From NCBI GenBank assembly GCA_964035545.1, contig OZ037769.1:5127929-5191928 (forward strand): a DNA stretch of 64,000 nucleotides, in the 5' to 3' direction. Under the pieces are notes generated by a model. That model was not told where the DNA came from. It did not search any database and worked only from the letters and a program-made list of their open reading frames with translations. The first letter of the stretch is position 1. Every line of letters starts with the position of its first letter. The translations under genes and the position numbers were made by a program. Origin of the DNA: Bugula neritina. Lineage: Eukaryota > Animalia > Bryozoa. Positions 60,871 to 64,000 of this stretch are shown here, piece after piece.

Positions 60871-62485
60871 TGTACATCGACATAATAGTGTTACCATGTT
60901 GAAAAGACTTTAACCACTAGCTATAAACTAATATAAACACAGGACTAAGTGCTAATTGATTTACCAATCTTTAGATATTATAACGTTCATGAAATATTAT
61001 TGCCCAATAATGACAATTTACAGTGAGTAACATGTTCGTAGCTGTGAAGTAAAAGTTTGAAGCAAAATGGCAATAGCTTCTGAAAAAAATTCCCGACTCA
61101 TATGTTTAGTAATAATTGACAAACTTGGTAACCAACTATTGCCAAATTATTTCACAAAATAATATATACAATATATACATCTGTCAGTATATGAAAACTC
61201 AGGCTATAGTGTACAGTTTGTAGTTAATTGAGTATAACTACATCAACAGTGTGATTCATGAAATAGCAATGTTGTTGCCATGGCATATGAATATTTGTCT
61301 AGTATATTAAGGGGGAGGGAGAGTGTCACCCCTTCTCCATTTTAGCAATGCTTTGTTAAAAACTATGCTATGCTGAAGTTTGCAGTTGTAGTAAAACTTC
61401 ATCAAGTAAAATCTCTATTTCTTATTAGTAAACGAATTTGTTTGCATTTGTGTTAAGTCACTCTTGCTCTTATCAGATGATAAGCTTTAGTAATATGTGA
61501 GATTAAAATAAAGTTTTCTCGCTACACAGTTCTAGAAAATACTCTATGTATTATGATAATGAAAGTATGTTCCTAACTTTTATACCACGGAACAGCTAAG
61601 AGCAAACATTGACAGCTTTGTTTTGGGCTGTTGGTTCATTAAGAGCACTTTCAGATGAGCCCCGCAGTAGGCTACGAGTAGAGAATCCGAAAGAGCCTTG
61701 AATGTTTATATAAGTCATATCTTTCCTTGCAAGTGGTCAACTTATAGCTATGCTATCTAGTAGCTAGTAAGGATTTAACCTCGTACCTCATAATGTACTC
61801 AAAACTACGCAAATTGCTGAATTTATTAACATATGTCAGTTTTAGTCAGATTTACTAGCTTTATTTACATACAAATATATAACTAATTTACCAGCATATT
61901 TGCATATACATATATACATATGTATAGCATGAAGCAGAACTAATAAAACTGCTTAAAAGTGCGAAAATCCCGTCAGTGCACTGCACATAGCCAGCAGAAG
62001 TTGAACTTGACTGGCCAATTGTATTTGCTGTTAGCTTTACTATTAGATCATATATTGAAATCTTATTGCTATTCACAATAATGTGCAATTAATTGATCAT
62101 GGAATAAATAAGTAAAACTAAAACAATAAATAGTAATCGACAAATTGGATCCCAAAATTGCAGAAGGATTTCACAGCCTTTGCTTAGAATAAAATTGCAC
62201 AAAATTTAGCCTTAGTTTTGGAAGCTTTTGAGAGCGTTTGTTTAGAGATCCCTCTGTGTGACCTCCAGCATAAGTTCGCGAGGCAGTATGCATTTCTATA
62301 ATCAGATCGTGGCCTAAGGACAGATCTTATATACACTTGGTGAATAGAATTTCACTTTCAGCTATAGAATGAATTGGGGCTTGTAATTATAAAGCTATAA
62401 ATAAAATAATGTATTAGCAATAAGAAAGATAAACAAAGCCTTTCCTAGTTTCAAGATTAACATTTATTTTATAACCTCACCACCT

Positions 62486-62486
<1 letters not shown>

Positions 62487-62572
<86 letters not shown>
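62487..62572. repeat. (TA)n microsatellite
   Basis: Read directly. Confidence 0.97.
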
Positions 62573-62579
<7 letters not shown>

Positions 62580-64000
62580 AAAGCTCTTAAATTCACTTTG
62601 TTAAAAGTTTGAAACTCATTAAAAACAGCTTACGATTAGAGAGGTATATTACAGTGGATTACTGAGTGCCTAAACATTGCTCTATAATGCTAGCTCAGTT
62701 GGAGGTGATTAACAGTTTCCTCAAACAGGGTTATCCTATTGCTGGATGGCGACCATATTGTAAACCCACTCAGTATAATAAATTAACTCTTTTTCTAACA
62801 AAATATATGATTAGTTTGATTAATTGGTTGCAGTAATTGAGGGATAATATGCATTCTTATATAACACCCCTGAAACTGCCACTGTTAAAACTGCAATTTT
62901 TTTGATCTATTATAATTGTTGTTGGTTAACGGAGATGAAATTTTTGCTCCTTTGTTTTAAATAAAGTACATATAATGTCTCCAGTCCTGTGAAAACGCAT
63001 GCATTGGGCTTTAAGTGCTGTGTCTCTCACCTTGCTGCCAAAATGGAGATATACACAAGGTTAGATGCCCGTCTTGACCTTACCAATGACTCCTTTGCAA
63101 GGTTTGAACCAATGACTTTGCTCTTGCTAAGCTATCCCAATGGCCACACTATAGCATAGCTGCAAGAGCAAATATGTAAACCTATGCATTTATGATTTTT
63201 GTTAAGGATTACCATGATTTCCGTAAAAAATCTAGTAATTAATCTTTGTCATTTGAGAAATGTAGCTTACTCAAGTTTCAATATTATAGATATATACCTT
63301 AAACCCTTGAAACTATATTTGTGATATGCAACACGATCTTCATGTAAGTTACCTATATGCCACTTATCACTGTATCCACCATTACTTAGATAAATAACAT
63401 TTAGGTAAACAACATGATTCAAAGTTATCTTCCTTTATGTATAGCAGCAGTTATGTAGTATTAACAAAACTACAATCCTAAAACAATTTTACACACGTAA
63501 GCACCCAAGCACACACCTTTAAATTCTGATTTGCTATTGTGTATAATTGGAAGATATAGTTATAGCAAGAACAAAATACCACAATATCTACTTTTAAATA
63601 TAGTGGTGGAGAAGTTTTGTATTCATTGGCTACTTGGCGTTATTTCTCTTTATTTTCTGTTTTTAGGTTTCAAAGAGGAAGCATATTTTATGACCAGTCT
63701 ACAGCCTCAAAGAAACACAATGCTACGTCACATAACAAACACAAGGCTACGTCACACAACAAACACAAGGCTACAAAACCCCCACTTAAGTCCATATTCA
63801 CCCATCAGAAAAATATTAATGACTTGACTAAATCCTCCAAGTATAGACTTATCACGGAACTTAAGTCTAATCTAAGTGCTCCTGGTAATAGACAGAGCTC
63901 ATGTTTTTATTTTTATATTAATGCAGGTTTTTCTCTGTCACGTGTCTGCAAGTTTCTTTCTGTCATGTGTCTGCAAGACATTATGGCATACATTTTATAG

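Noticed and set aside
60430-62090. Possible terminal exons of a minus-strand gene (e.g. ...HKMRRDSLLRCI-stop near 60440-60540; ORF 61888-62088)
   Set aside because: No recognisable homology or consistent exon chain; cannot be supported without RNA data.
63531-64000. ORFs at the right edge
   Set aside because: Non-ATG starts, AT-rich, built partly on a short duplication; no domain evidence.

Overview
AT-rich, intron-rich animal (invertebrate) genomic DNA. Host genes: CCAR1 on the minus strand (~160-11798, 3' end may run off the window), a divergent Shaker/Kv1-type K+ channel (14786-16903, 2 coding exons), a small unannotated 3-exon gene for a secreted, probably GPI-anchored 6-Cys protein (19690-21016) and CDC45 (46930-58054, 15 coding exons). 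Between them is a ~24 kb transposon cluster: a decayed Academ(X) DNA transposon (22709-31892) holding a foldback MITE that holds a young Copia LTR element; a young Gypsy element (33202-40790) with an extra zinc-finger/coiled-coil ORF in the env position; and a second Gypsy-order element (42536-46700) probably in the first 5'UTR intron of CDC45. SINEs, MITEs and minisatellites fill the introns. Best leads: (1) the second Gypsy element has a primer-binding site complementary to the FIRST 12 nt of tRNA-Phe, and the same site follows a 107-bp LTR-like unit carrying a tRNA-like Pol III cassette in a CCAR1 intron, suggesting an autonomous/non-autonomous pair primed by a 5' tRNA fragment; (2) the Gypsy zinc-finger ORF appears reachable by an env-style splice from the first 10 gag codons; (3) a GPI-tethered knottin-pattern protein sits next to a Kv1 subunit that has a broken PVP gate and a CaaX tail. 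All coordinates were read by eye; no searches were run.
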